Positions 41,214 to 51,452 of a DNA stretch of 64,000 nt are shown piece after piece. A program made the translations under genes and the position numbers. Numbering within the stretch: the first letter of the stretch is position 1; every line of letters starts with the position of its first letter. The stretch comes from Methanobacteriota archaeon (lineage in GTDB: Archaea > Halobacteriota > Bog-38 > Methanoflorentales > Methanoflorentaceae), in contig CAVRAO010000008.1 of the NCBI GenBank assembly GCA_963719035.1, positions 224,001 to 288,000 of the forward strand. The letters run 5' to 3'. The notes beneath the pieces were generated by a model, which was not told the origin of the DNA, did not search any database, and saw only the letters and a list, made by a program, of their open reading frames with translations.

Positions 41214-42467
41214 TTGGATACTCAAAGAACTATTAGCGAGAAGATACTGTCTAACGCTTCGGGAAAACCAGCGAGAGCTAATGACTTTGTTTTAGCGCAG
41301 GTTCACGCAGCAATGGCTCACGATGGTACCAGCGTACTCGGAGTGCGAGCATTTGAAGCGATGGGCGCGGATTCTGTTTGGGACCCAAATAAGATCGCTA
41401 TAGTCTTTGATCATATTGCCCCGGCCAGCACGGAGGCAGCAGCAACCCTTCAGCATACGATCCGCGCGTGGACAAAACGTCAGGAAATTACTCACTTCTT
41501 CGATGTTGGCGAGGGAATATGCCATCAGCTCATGGTCGAGCACGGCCTTGCCCTGCCAGGCACCGTAGTCGTTGGGGCGGATTCACACTCGTGCACGTAC
41601 GGAGCTCTGGGAGCCTTCGCGACAGGCGTCGGTGCAACAGACATTGCCGAGGTTTTTGCAACGGGAACGTTGTGGTTCAAAGTGCCTGAAACGCTCAAGA
41701 TTGTCATTAATGGAAAACTCCGCGCTTATGTTGGCGCAAAAGATGTCATTCTCAAAATCGCAGGAATGATTGGTGCCGACGGTGCGTCGTATAAAGCACT
41801 CGAGTTCTACGGTTCGACGATCGCTGACATATCGATGGACGGGCGGCTCTCAATTAGCAACATGGCAATCGAAGTTGGGGCGAAAGTGGGAATCATCCCG
41901 CCAGATCGAAAAACCATTGAGTACCTCGACCGAATTCAACCTCCTTTGAGTTTTACGCCGTGCTATGCTGATGAGGGCGCTGCTTACACAGATGAGCTCT
42001 ACTTTACAATTGATGATTTGGGACCTCAGGTCGCGTGTCCTCACGAAGTGGATAACGTGAAAGACGTAGAAGATGTAGCGGGAACGCCGATCGACCAGGT
42101 CTTCATCGGTTCGTGTACGAACGGACGTTTTGAAGATCTAAAAGAGGGCGCAACCATACTACGCGGCGAGACGGTCGCCGTGCGAACGATCATCGTTCCA
42201 GCGTCGAAGCACGTTTTGCTAACTTGCATACGGACTGGTGTCTTAGAGACATTGATCGAAGCTGGTGCCACTATTTGTAGTCCAGGATGTGGACCGTGTC
42301 TCGGTGCGCAAAACGGCGTTTTGGGACACGGAGAAGCTTGTCTCTCAACTTCCAACAGAAACTTCAAGGGCAGAATGGGTGTAGATGGGCTAATCTACCT
42401 TGCGTCCCCGGCAACAGCCGCAGCAACAGCACTCGCGGGCGAAATCGCTGACCCACGACAGCGCTAG
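41214..42467 (+). CDS. aksD: Homoaconitase/isopropylmalate isomerase large subunit
   Basis: HDGT, DSHSCT, GSCTNGR, CGPC, SNRNF. Confidence 0.8.
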   Translation: MDTQRTISEKILSNASGKPARANDFVLAQVHAAMAHDGTSVLGVRAFEAMGADSVWDPNKIAIVFDHIAPASTEAAATLQHTIRAWTKRQEITHFFDVGEGICHQLMVEHGLALPGTVVVGADSHSCTYGALGAFATGVGATDIAEVFATGTLWFKVPETLKIVINGKLRAYVGAKDVILKIAGMIGADGASYKALEFYGSTIADISMDGRLSISNMAIEVGAKVGIIPPDRKTIEYLDRIQPPLSFTPCYADEGAAYTDELYFTIDDLGPQVACPHEVDNVKDVEDVAGTPIDQVFIGSCTNGRFEDLKEGATILRGETVAVRTIIVPASKHVLLTCIRTGVLETLIEAGATICSPGCGPCLGAQNGVLGHGEACLSTSNRNFKGRMGVDGLIYLASPATAAATALAGEIADPRQR

Positions 42468-42501
42468 ATCTTGTCGAGTACTATCTCATAATCCTAACTT
42501 T

Positions 42502-42837
42502 TTAAATGCTGGAAGATCTCTTGATCTCCTCAATCTGTTCAATCAAGATCTTTTCAATGGCGTCTAGCAAATACTCGAGCGAGGGACTTCTGACTGTGAA
42601 TTTTCTAGGGATTCCTTTGTAGGTCACGGTGTCGCCTGCGTCAATTGAAATCATTGGTTCTCGGACGACGAGATCTGCTTTGAACTCGCTTGCGGCGATT
42701 TTTTCAATTTGGAGGTCCCACATTTTTTCATCAATTTCTTGTTCGATTTCTTGCGCCAGATGCTTCGCCATGTGAGTCAAAAACGCAATTTTTTGATTAA
42801 CTAGGTATTCTTCTTGTAAGGACAACGCCACTGACAT
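42502..42837 (-). CDS. Hypothetical acidic protein
   Basis: Clean ORF with AGGA upstream; no recognised motif. Confidence 0.55.
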   Translation of the reverse strand: MSVALSLQEEYLVNQKIAFLTHMAKHLAQEIEQEIDEKMWDLQIEKIAASEFKADLVVREPMISIDAGDTVTYKGIPRKFTVRSPSLEYLLDAIEKILIEQIEEIKRSSSI

Positions 42838-42956
42838 AATCCTGCATTGTTTCGGAACTATTAAACACTTCTTCAGTCTTTTAGCGCTCATACAGATATG
42901 TTCGCCCCCCACAATCCCCGCATACTTTATATCGCTACGTTTTCAATTAGTCTATA

Positions 42957-43463
42957 ATGCTCATTAGGGGAAACGTGTGGAAATACGGTGACAATGTTAA
43001 CACTGATCTGATAATACCTGGCAAATATTTGAGAACAACTAACATCAGCGTTTTCGCAGCGCACGCAATGGAGGGGATTGACAGAAATTTTTCACCCCGT
43101 GCTGGAGACATAATAGTTGCCGGCAAGAACTTTGGCTGTGGATCATCCCGAGAGCAAGCGGTTCTCGCGCTGAAACACGCTAAGATCGGATGCGTCGTTG
43201 CGATATCATTCGGTCGAATCTTTTTCAGAAATGCAATCAATATAGGTCTGCCAATAGTCGAAGCTAACGTCGTTGATTTTGTCCACAAGGGAGATGAGAT
43301 TGAAGTCGATTTTTCCGCAGGGCTTGTGAAAACGCGCAATAAGGTCGTTCAAGGTTCGAAGCTTCCTAGATTCTTACAGGAAATCCTCGAAGAGGGGGGC
43401 CTAGTTGAATATAGACAGAGACATCCGCGTGGCCCCAGCCTGGAGGAATCTGATGTTTCGTAG
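42957..43463 (+). CDS. aksE: Homoaconitase small subunit
   Basis: [13 protein letters not shown] (YLRT loop), [11 protein letters not shown]. Confidence 0.85.
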   Translation: MLIRGNVWKYGDNVNTDLIIPGKYLRTTNISVFAAHAMEGIDRNFSPRAGDIIVAGKNFGCGSSREQAVLALKHAKIGCVVAISFGRIFFRNAINIGLPIVEANVVDFVHKGDEIEVDFSAGLVKTRNKVVQGSKLPRFLQEILEEGGLVEYRQRHPRGPSLEESDVS

Positions 43464-43502
43464 ACGTAGGCGCGTAGCTAAGCAGCTTTTCCTTAGAACT
43501 AT

Positions 43503-44456
43503 ATGAAAATCGCCGTTGCTCAAGGAGATGGAGTTGGGAAGGAGATCATACCGCCGTGTATCGAGATTCTAAATCTGCTGTTAAAGGGCCCAAAATTCAT
43601 TGATTTGGATATAGGTTACTCCAAATGGGTAAGAGAAGGCGCGCCTATAACCGATTTAGACATTGATTTGATCAAACAAACTGATTGTATGCTTTTAGGT
43701 GCAGTAACCACTGCTCCCGGGAGCAGCGTCGTCGTCCGACTAAGAAGAACATTTGATCTTTTTGCTAATCTTCGGCCTTTTCGATCGTACGATTTAACCC
43801 CTCATAAATTGAACATGACAATAATCAGAGAAAACCTTGAAGGATTATATGCAGGCATAGAAGAAGTTTCAGTTGATATTGCAGTCACTAAACGTGTGAT
43901 TACTCGCTATAATACGGAAAGACTCGCTTCCTTCGCTAGCGCGTTACAGAACGTAAAAAAAATTACAATAGTTCACAAAGCAAACGTACTTAAATCAGAT
44001 GTCCTCTTTCGAGATGTCTGCGCGCATGTGTTAGATGAGCGCCGCATCTCTTACGATGAAATGTACGTTGATACCGCGGCATACAATCTAATTAAACACC
44101 CAGAGATTTTTGACCACATCCTGACATCGAATTTGTTCGGTGATATCTTGTCAGATGAGGCTGCTGGACTTACAGGCGGCCTCGGACTTTGTCCAAGCGC
44201 TAACATCGGGCCTGACTATGCAATTTTTGAGCCAATACACGGATCTGCACCTAACATTGCTGGGCGTGGCATAGCAAATCCAATCGGGGCAATACTAAGT
44301 GTTAAAATGCTTCTTGAGTGGGCCGGTGAACAAAGTAAAGCTATCCTGCTAGACAACGCAGTCAAGAAGACTATAGAAAAAGGCGTAATGACCCCTGATC
44401 TTGGCGGTATGAACTCGACAAAAGAAGTGACGCGATCGATAATAAGTTGTCTCTGA
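43503..44456 (+). CDS. aksF: Homoisocitrate/isopropylmalate dehydrogenase family
   Basis: GDGVG.E, RENLEG, HKANV, NLFGDILSD, HGSAP. Confidence 0.78.
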   Translation: MKIAVAQGDGVGKEIIPPCIEILNLLLKGPKFIDLDIGYSKWVREGAPITDLDIDLIKQTDCMLLGAVTTAPGSSVVVRLRRTFDLFANLRPFRSYDLTPHKLNMTIIRENLEGLYAGIEEVSVDIAVTKRVITRYNTERLASFASALQNVKKITIVHKANVLKSDVLFRDVCAHVLDERRISYDEMYVDTAAYNLIKHPEIFDHILTSNLFGDILSDEAAGLTGGLGLCPSANIGPDYAIFEPIHGSAPNIAGRGIANPIGAILSVKMLLEWAGEQSKAILLDNAVKKTIEKGVMTPDLGGMNSTKEVTRSIISCL

Positions 44457-44463
44457 TGATCAA

Positions 44464-45318
44464 ATGATTTTTCCTGAACACTGTATGTATGTTGCAGTCA
44501 GAGACTGCGACGATAAGACAACACGACCATCGGCCGGTGAAGCTATCTATTTCTCTTCTCGCTATATCGTGTTATTTTGGCAAGGACAGGCTGCAATCTA
44601 CGAAGTCAATTCAAATGGAGACGGACTACTACGATCCATCTCGGTTGTCAACGAGATTGCAGGCTTTGCCGAGACTTTTGTGTACGAACAGAAAGTCGAC
44701 ATCTTCAACAGAAGCAGGTTAATTACAGAAGCAAAGCGTTTGTGCAAGCCACCAATAAAAGCTGTAATCTTTCAAGGATTTGATCTTCATTGGACGTTTG
44801 TCTACGATCCGGACTTGAACAGCGTCATAGAGATCGAGGTTTTTGACATCACCCCCCCAGACCCACCCTATCTCGTCACGCTTATCAAGAAACTTGAAGA
44901 TGCAGGCATTTTTGGGGACCTGTCCGTTCAGTTCAAGCCGATCGTACAAGATCTTAGAAGACTTAATGCAGGTACTATATTCCCTTGTTCAGCGTCAGGC
45001 ATTGGATCGAGCCATCTCAACAGGCCCGGAGTTCAAATTGAGGAGGATTCGGTGCTTGTGGGATGTGACATTTCAAGACAAGTACTCGAAGCGCGATTTC
45101 CAGCGTCAAACTTCGAACACGAGAATATATGTCCAACAAAAACCATCAGGCCGCGCAAGCCTTTTATCGCAAAATGTTGCAGGTCAGCAAGAGTTGGACC
45201 TATTGAACTGTTTGGCATACAAGGATACATCGTTCATTGGGGGGCAAACCCGTACGAAGTCGTCTCTGCTATTAGGGATCTCATAACGCGATATACTGAC
45301 GGAGTCAAGCAGGAGTAG
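44464..45318 (+). CDS. Cys-rich hypothetical protein (DUF7714-like)
   Basis: FPC, VGC, CP, CCR, VHWGA; starts 7 nt after the aksF stop. Confidence 0.7.
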   Translation: MIFPEHCMYVAVRDCDDKTTRPSAGEAIYFSSRYIVLFWQGQAAIYEVNSNGDGLLRSISVVNEIAGFAETFVYEQKVDIFNRSRLITEAKRLCKPPIKAVIFQGFDLHWTFVYDPDLNSVIEIEVFDITPPDPPYLVTLIKKLEDAGIFGDLSVQFKPIVQDLRRLNAGTIFPCSASGIGSSHLNRPGVQIEEDSVLVGCDISRQVLEARFPASNFEHENICPTKTIRPRKPFIAKCCRSARVGPIELFGIQGYIVHWGANPYEVVSAIRDLITRYTDGVKQE

Positions 45319-45341
45319 CTCAGCCCTTCTGCTTAGAGAAA

Positions 45342-45442
45342 TGCGGAGGGAGGGATTCGAACCCACGAATGCCTTCGCAACAGGATGTCTCAAACAACAG
45401 TTCTTAAGTCCTGCGCCTTTGACCTGGCTTGGCTACCTCCGC
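45342..45442 (-). tRNA. tRNA-Leu(TAA) with 16-nt intron at 37/38
   Basis: GCGGAGG/CCTCCGC; CTTAAG|AACTGTTGTTTGAGAC|A; BHB helix CTTA/TGAG; long variable arm. Confidence 0.93.
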
Positions 45443-45465
45443 TGTAAGTTGACTAATCCATAAAC

Positions 45466-45473
45466 ATATAAAA
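45466..45473 (-). promoter_or_regulatory. TATA box of tRNA-Leu
   Basis: TTTTATAT on the minus strand ~25 nt upstream of the tRNA. Confidence 0.6.
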
Positions 45474-45939
45474 GCTTATTTTGGCAACTCGTTTTGCTGT
45501 GAGAGGTTGACCTGCTGAGAGCGTTTTCTAATACGCCCGTCCAAGAGCCTCTCTATCCAACGCAAAAACGCCGTCGAAAGTGACGTTCAACTGTCCTCCG
45601 GCTTTGTGATCCAGCTCTCGAACTGCTGCTCGCCACACCTGATAGTTCCATTTTCTATAGGGGCGTCGATCCACAATTCTAATAGCACGTGAAATAACAT
45701 AAATATGTGTTTGATACGGTTCAATCGGAAGCGTACTAGTTTAACCAGTTCCGTGCTTCCCGACCGTGAGCGAGGATTCGACAAATGATAGCGTCCACAT
45801 TGTGCGTGCCATTTGACGAAGTTCAATCATTCAGCTCTTTTGATGATGCTTCAAGGATCGTCCACCTATACATGTTTCAGGGTTAAAAAAGACGCACTAC
45901 GGATTATGACAGGCCGGATGTAACGACAAACTGATAGGA

Positions 45940-46033
<94 letters not shown>

Positions 46034-46305
46034 ATGTCTCATCTTCGGGAGAATATAGCGAAATCGCTGCGCGTTTTTACCCGATCGATGACAACGATAC
46101 GCTTTATAAAATATATTTTTTTCTGACTTTTCTTCAAGGGCTTGCAAGGCAATGCTTCACAGAGGTTTATTAAATTTTGCCATACTAGTTTTAAAACGAT
46201 TTCTATCAAAAAAAATAAGAAACTACGGCACAATGTTTCCTCAAGCTGCAGCTTAGTACAAGACAGCTAACATTCAAAACTTAGCTAAAGTCGATAGGAG
46301 GGATC

Positions 46306-47253
46306 ATGAGAGTATTGATAACTGGCGGCGCTGGATTCATAGGTAGTAATTTCGTACGCTACATGCTCAGCATACACCAATCGGCGGAACTTGTGGTTCT
46401 AGATAAACTGACGTACGCTGGGAATGTGGACAACCTGAAAGACGTATTAGCTAGTATCGAATTCGTCAAAGGTGACATTTGCGATGAGAAACCCGTAAAG
46501 TTGGTAATGAAGGACTGCGACTGCGTGATTAACTTTGCAGCTGAGACGCACGTCGATAAGTCTATTCTTAACTCCGCTGCATTCGTTCGAACAGATGTCT
46601 TGGGCACTCAAGTCTTGCTTGACTCGGCGAAAGAGCACCAGATTGAGCGGTTCATTCAAGTGTCTACAGATGAAGTTTACGGCAGCACTCGTAGCGGATC
46701 CTTCGGCGAGTCTGATAAGTTAGATCCTTCAAGTCCTTATGCGGCGAGCAAAGCAGGGGCAGATTTGTTGATGTCCTCCTATTTCAAGACGTTTAACTTT
46801 CCTTGTGTCATAACCCGCAGTGCTAACAACTATGGGCCATATCAGCATCCCGAGAAATTGATTCCGCACTTTATTACCAGCGCTATAAGAAACAGCAAGC
46901 TAACTCTTTATGGCCAAGGAGACAACATCCGAGATTGGATCCACGTTGAAGATAACTGCAAAGCTATAGACTACGTTCGTCAGATGGGCAAGACTGGAGA
47001 AATTTACAACATTGGCGCTGGTAACGAGAAGAGCAACTTGGACGTAACGAAAGCTATCCTACAGCTTCTGGATAAGCCTTCAACGCTCATGACGTTCACA
47101 AATGACCGTCTGGGACACGACTTTAGATATTCCCTAGACTGTTCGAAGATTAAGGCTCTTGGATGGCAGCCCCGAATTTCATTTGAAGATGGATTGGCCC
47201 AGACTGTTCGATGGTACCAAGAGAACGAGCCGTGGTGGTCATCGCTAGTTTAA
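46306..47253 (+). CDS. rfbB: dTDP-glucose 4,6-dehydratase
   Basis: GGAGFIG, DKLTYAG, AAETHVD, STDEVYG, YAASK. Confidence 0.95.
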   Translation: MRVLITGGAGFIGSNFVRYMLSIHQSAELVVLDKLTYAGNVDNLKDVLASIEFVKGDICDEKPVKLVMKDCDCVINFAAETHVDKSILNSAAFVRTDVLGTQVLLDSAKEHQIERFIQVSTDEVYGSTRSGSFGESDKLDPSSPYAASKAGADLLMSSYFKTFNFPCVITRSANNYGPYQHPEKLIPHFITSAIRNSKLTLYGQGDNIRDWIHVEDNCKAIDYVRQMGKTGEIYNIGAGNEKSNLDVTKAILQLLDKPSTLMTFTNDRLGHDFRYSLDCSKIKALGWQPRISFEDGLAQTVRWYQENEPWWSSLV

Positions 47254-47306
47254 AAAAACGCTTGAGCGGGTTTTCATGGAAAAAAAGGTTCCTAGGGAGA
47301 TGAGTT

Positions 47307-47987
47307 TCAGAGCGAGTTAATATGTCTGATCATCGATTCAAAGACTGTATTCCCATCCACAGAACCCAGAAGTTGCTCTGAGGCTCGTTCCGGGTGCGGC
47401 ATCATAGCAAGTACGTTTTTTTCCAAATTGCTAACCGCTGCAATGTTATCTTGCGATCCGTTTGGGTTTACAGCAGAAGTCGGGCGTCCTTTGTCATCGA
47501 CGTACTTAAAAACGACCTGATCATTTTCGTAAAGCTCTTTGAGCAGTTCAGGGGGAACGACGTATCGTCCTTCTTTGTGAGCTATAGGAAGCTTCACCAC
47601 ATCGCTTGAGAGTGACGTAAAGGGGGATCTACCAATCTTAAGGAGTTTCACCCACTTACAAATGAACTTCGGATACTGATTTAATGTAAACGTACCCGGC
47701 ACAAGGTTTGATTCACTGAGGATTTGAGCCCCGTTACATATACCCAAGATGGGTTTCCCATCCGAAGCCATCTCCCGGACCGACTGCATAATCTTAGTTC
47801 GCGCGGCAATGGCACCTGCTCTTAAGTAGTCCCCGTATGAAAAGCCCCCTGGGATGACCGCGCCATCAAAACCCTCCAAGGCTTCTTTGTACCAAACGAG
47901 TTCTGCATGAACGCCTAAATTATTCAAAGCTTTTTGGACGTCGAGATCGCAATTGCTGCCACCGAAACGAACAATTGCAATCTTCAT
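47307..47987 (-). CDS. purQ: FGAM synthase glutaminase subunit
   Basis: GGFSYGDYLR, GICNG, MMPHPER. Confidence 0.96.
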   Translation of the reverse strand: MKIAIVRFGGSNCDLDVQKALNNLGVHAELVWYKEALEGFDGAVIPGGFSYGDYLRAGAIAARTKIMQSVREMASDGKPILGICNGAQILSESNLVPGTFTLNQYPKFICKWVKLLKIGRSPFTSLSSDVVKLPIAHKEGRYVVPPELLKELYENDQVVFKYVDDKGRPTSAVNPNGSQDNIAAVSNLEKNVLAMMPHPERASEQLLGSVDGNTVFESMIRHINSL

Positions 47988-48004
47988 TAGCACCTTCGTA
48001 ACTC

Positions 48005-48247
48005 CTATACGAGCACTACGCTGTAATCGTGTATGATGGGATTCGCGAGCAGTCTCTGGCACATTCCTTGAGCGACATCAGTTGCATTCTGGCGCGAATC
48101 TGCTTCGAACTCAAGCTCGAAGACTGCCGCTTGTTTCACGGATCGACAATCATATCCAAGATGCTTAAGGGCCTTTTTTATTGTGGCAGCTTCAGGATCC
48201 AACATGCCATTCTTGAGCTTAACGGTTATCTCAGCGCGGAAAAGCAT
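48005..48247 (-). CDS. purS: FGAM synthase subunit PurS
   Basis: LDPE, LLANPII. Confidence 0.95.
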   Translation of the reverse strand: MLFRAEITVKLKNGMLDPEAATIKKALKHLGYDCRSVKQAAVFELEFEADSRQNATDVAQGMCQRLLANPIIHDYSVVLV

Positions 48248-48373
48248 AGGATGACTGTTGGATCGTAATAGTAAATATTAGTTGTTAATAGATCGTAGTC
48301 TAGCAACTTGATCGATCTAACGCGACCACACGCAAAAAAACGGTGGTGCTCAAAAAACGACTTGAGTGCCCTA

Positions 48374-48399
48374 TTAGACACATTTAGACCTCGTTAGAC
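48374..48399. repeat. Three TTAGAC direct repeats at an exact 10-bp period
   Basis: TTAGAC at 48374, 48384 and 48394. Confidence 0.8.
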
Positions 48400-48446
48400 G
48401 TCAATCCGAACAACTTTAAGCCTACTTCATTGTGGTCAGGAATGTG

Positions 48447-49058
48447 CTACCGGAACCTCTGAACGACTAGCGTTAGGGCAACAGCGATCATTATACCAGC
48501 GAATGAAGGAATCGCTTCAAAACCAGGCACTCCTGCAGCTTTGCCTGTATTGCTTGGGCCTACGGTTGAGGTACTCGATGTAGGCACTGGGGTGTTTGAA
48601 GGATTCGCAGTCGGAGAATGAGAGGCAAACGGAGCTTCCGCGAGTACCTTGCGTTGCAGTGCAGCCACCTCTGAAGCCGATAGTTCTGTATTGTATTTCT
48701 CTAAGACTTTTCCTTGCGGGTCAGTGAGCACGACCAATGGCGGCTTGCTGTAATTGTATAAGTGACCTTGTTCGGTCCCAAGCACGTTGATGTTTACGAA
48801 GCTTGATGAAAGCGCAACAACTTCTGTGTTATTCCATGTGTTTTGATCCATGTTTTTGCATCGCGGACACCATTGTTCGTGTATATATATCAACACGGGC
48901 TTGTTTTTCTCGGCTGCTGTTTTCATCCCCGTTGGATAATCATAAACCCACGCGACTTCGTTTTGCGCTTTGACGCTGACCGTTAGAGAGCAGGTTATTG
49001 TTAAAAGAAGTAGAGCAAGAACGGATAATAGCGTTGCAGAACGAATTGTGAATGACAT
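48447..49058 (-). CDS. Secreted thioredoxin-fold protein with PGF-CTERM anchor
   Basis: Signal peptide, KPVLIY...WCPRC, S/T/P linker, VPGF + TM + RFR. Confidence 0.85.
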   Translation of the reverse strand: MSFTIRSATLLSVLALLLLTITCSLTVSVKAQNEVAWVYDYPTGMKTAAEKNKPVLIYIHEQWCPRCKNMDQNTWNNTEVVALSSSFVNINVLGTEQGHLYNYSKPPLVVLTDPQGKVLEKYNTELSASEVAALQRKVLAEAPFASHSPTANPSNTPVPTSSTSTVGPSNTGKAAGVPGFEAIPSFAGIMIAVALTLVVQRFR

Positions 49059-49272
49059 ACTTATGTACACTATCACTGTGCTATTTAATTCTTCCAATAC
49101 TGGACCTTAGAGAACCCAAAAGCGATGTAAGTGCGACCCGATCCATTCGATGGTGCGAAAAGGTTTCTAACTTCTTTCATTTCGAGCTGTTCAAATCAAT
49201 AAAAGTCGACGCGAGCGATTGAACTTCACGATAAATTATTCAACTCTTACGCGCACAATAAGGTGAATTTGC

Positions 49273-50397
49273 GTGAGAATCATTCAAGCCTCCTCGTATT
49301 TCTATCCGCATATTGGTGGCGTAGAGACTCATGTCTTTGAGCTAGCTCAAAGCTTGCAGGATATGGGTCATGAAGTCATTGTATTATGCGCTGCCGTTCC
49401 GAAATCAGATCCTAAGGAGGTTCTGAACGGACTCTGCATCTACAGATTTCCCGCTCTAGATCTCCCGTATGTTCCCTTCGTTTATGCTCTGCGACGGCGG
49501 ATTGCGCAGTTCAGTGCTGATGTTATCCATTCGCATTATCCGCCTCCATTCATGTCTTATGGCGCGGTTAAGGGGTTGCCCCACGTCCCACACGTCCTTA
49601 CGTATCACTGTGATCTAGAGATCCCTGATCATATCGCAAACCTAAGGATCCCGAGCGTCTTAAAACACTCTATTCAATGGGTCAACAATAGCTTTTACAC
49701 AAAACCCGTCCTCGATAAGGTTAACCAGATAATTGCTACAACTCGCTCCTACGCACAAAGCTCCCCGGTTCTGCGTAACTATCAGCACAAAATCGTGCCT
49801 AATGGGGTCAGGCTGCAGGCTTTTAACAGCCTACAAGACACAAGCGAGAGAAAGGTTAAGCAAGTGCTCTTCGTCGGTCGGCTAAGCTCTGTCAAAGGCA
49901 TCGACTATCTCATCAAAGCTGCGAAAATCGTACTGAAGCAGCATAAGGATGCAACTTTCCTGATCGTTGGCGATGGAGAAGAGCGACAAAGCCTCAAGGC
50001 GCTTGCCAAAGGCTATGAAAATTGCATCAAGTTTTGCGGGCATATACCAAGACGTGCTCTCGTGGAGCTTTATAAGAGCTCTGCGGTGCTCGTCCTCCCA
50101 TCTTTCACACGACTTGAAGCTTTTGGCGTCGTCCTTTTGGAAGCAATGGCATGCGAAACGCCAGTCATTGCGTCGCGAATTCCGGGCGTGCTCGACGTGA
50201 TCGGCGAGGGAGGTTTTTTAGTAAAGCCGTGTAGCCCACAATCTCTAGCAACAGCTATTCTAGAGATTTTTGAAAATCCAGAAAATGCAAGACGAATGGG
50301 CAAAAAAGGTCGGCAGCTTGTCGAACAGAAGTATGACTGGAAAATAGTGGCGCAGGAGGTCCTGAATGTGTACGCAACTGTCCAAGACCACCCATAA
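49273..50397 (+). CDS. Glycosyltransferase family 4
   Basis: GGVETH, GRL..KG, EAFGVVLLEAMA. Confidence 0.92.
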   Translation: MRIIQASSYFYPHIGGVETHVFELAQSLQDMGHEVIVLCAAVPKSDPKEVLNGLCIYRFPALDLPYVPFVYALRRRIAQFSADVIHSHYPPPFMSYGAVKGLPHVPHVLTYHCDLEIPDHIANLRIPSVLKHSIQWVNNSFYTKPVLDKVNQIIATTRSYAQSSPVLRNYQHKIVPNGVRLQAFNSLQDTSERKVKQVLFVGRLSSVKGIDYLIKAAKIVLKQHKDATFLIVGDGEERQSLKALAKGYENCIKFCGHIPRRALVELYKSSAVLVLPSFTRLEAFGVVLLEAMACETPVIASRIPGVLDVIGEGGFLVKPCSPQSLATAILEIFENPENARRMGKKGRQLVEQKYDWKIVAQEVLNVYATVQDHP

Positions 50398-50457
50398 GAC
50401 CGTAGGCAAGGCGCGATTGCGACGATTTAATATATATTAATCGAATTCCATTCTGAG

Positions 50458-51435
50458 ATGAAAATCTGCGCCATTGTACCAATAGCGCCATCTGAACCGT
50501 TCACACTTATCGAAAAATCGATCAAGAGCATAAATGACCTGGACTGCAGTGGGCTAGATTTTGAAGCCTACTATGTCATTGATAGCGGCGGAGAAGATCG
50601 TAACGATCTGTATCAGCTGCTGCCGCCGCATTTTCATTTAGTTTTCAGAAATGACAACAGAGGCCGGCGGGCAGGTGCTATCAATGACGTTCTTAGTATC
50701 ACGGAGGGTGCGGACTACATCGCGTTGTTTGACGTTGATAGCCGCCCCAACATAGATTTTTTGACTGAATGCGTGCGTGAGCTGACAGCAACGAGCAACG
50801 GCGTGCTTGCAAGCGGTTGCCGCTTCGTCACCAATAAAGAGAACACACTTACGAAGATCGTTTCTGTCGAGTACAAGTTCTTTTGTGACATCTATCGCCT
50901 CTGTAGGTGGTCGGGGGGTTTCATTCAATTCAACGGATTGATAGGGGTGTCAAAAGCAGCCTTTCTTCGGAGCACTGGTTTTGACGAACGCTGTGCTTGC
51001 GAAGACTTAGACGTCAGCGAACAGATATATCTCTCGGGGAGCTCTGCGCTTCTCGTTAATGCAAACGTGGGCGAACAAGCCCCCACTTCTATTCAAGACT
51101 TATACAATCAAAGAGTACGGTGGTTCCGCGGAGCAGTCGAAGGATTGCGAAAATATCTTGCTCAGATGTTGACAGCGAACGTGCCGATCTTGGTAAAAAT
51201 TACGTGGCTTAGCTCGCTCTCAGTGCCATTTTTTTCATTCTTGCTAGCACCTTTAGTCCCGCTATACTTACGTGCAATTAAGGCAGAAAGTGACACTCTA
51301 TCAGAATTACTGCAGATCCTGTTCGGCACAATAGGTTATACGTGCTTAATGACACTCTGTGGCGTAGTAGCAGTCGGACAACATCTCACTTCCCGCAAAA
51401 GCGAGTGGGCTGCTGTGACCCGATCAGAGGTCTAA
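50458..51435 (+). CDS. Glycosyltransferase family 2 (processive-like)
   Basis: RAGAIN, FDVD, EDL, QRVRW, C-terminal TMs. Confidence 0.9.
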   Translation: MKICAIVPIAPSEPFTLIEKSIKSINDLDCSGLDFEAYYVIDSGGEDRNDLYQLLPPHFHLVFRNDNRGRRAGAINDVLSITEGADYIALFDVDSRPNIDFLTECVRELTATSNGVLASGCRFVTNKENTLTKIVSVEYKFFCDIYRLCRWSGGFIQFNGLIGVSKAAFLRSTGFDERCACEDLDVSEQIYLSGSSALLVNANVGEQAPTSIQDLYNQRVRWFRGAVEGLRKYLAQMLTANVPILVKITWLSSLSVPFFSFLLAPLVPLYLRAIKAESDTLSELLQILFGTIGYTCLMTLCGVVAVGQHLTSRKSEWAAVTRSEV

Positions 51436-51452
51436 TTGAGGGGAGATATATC

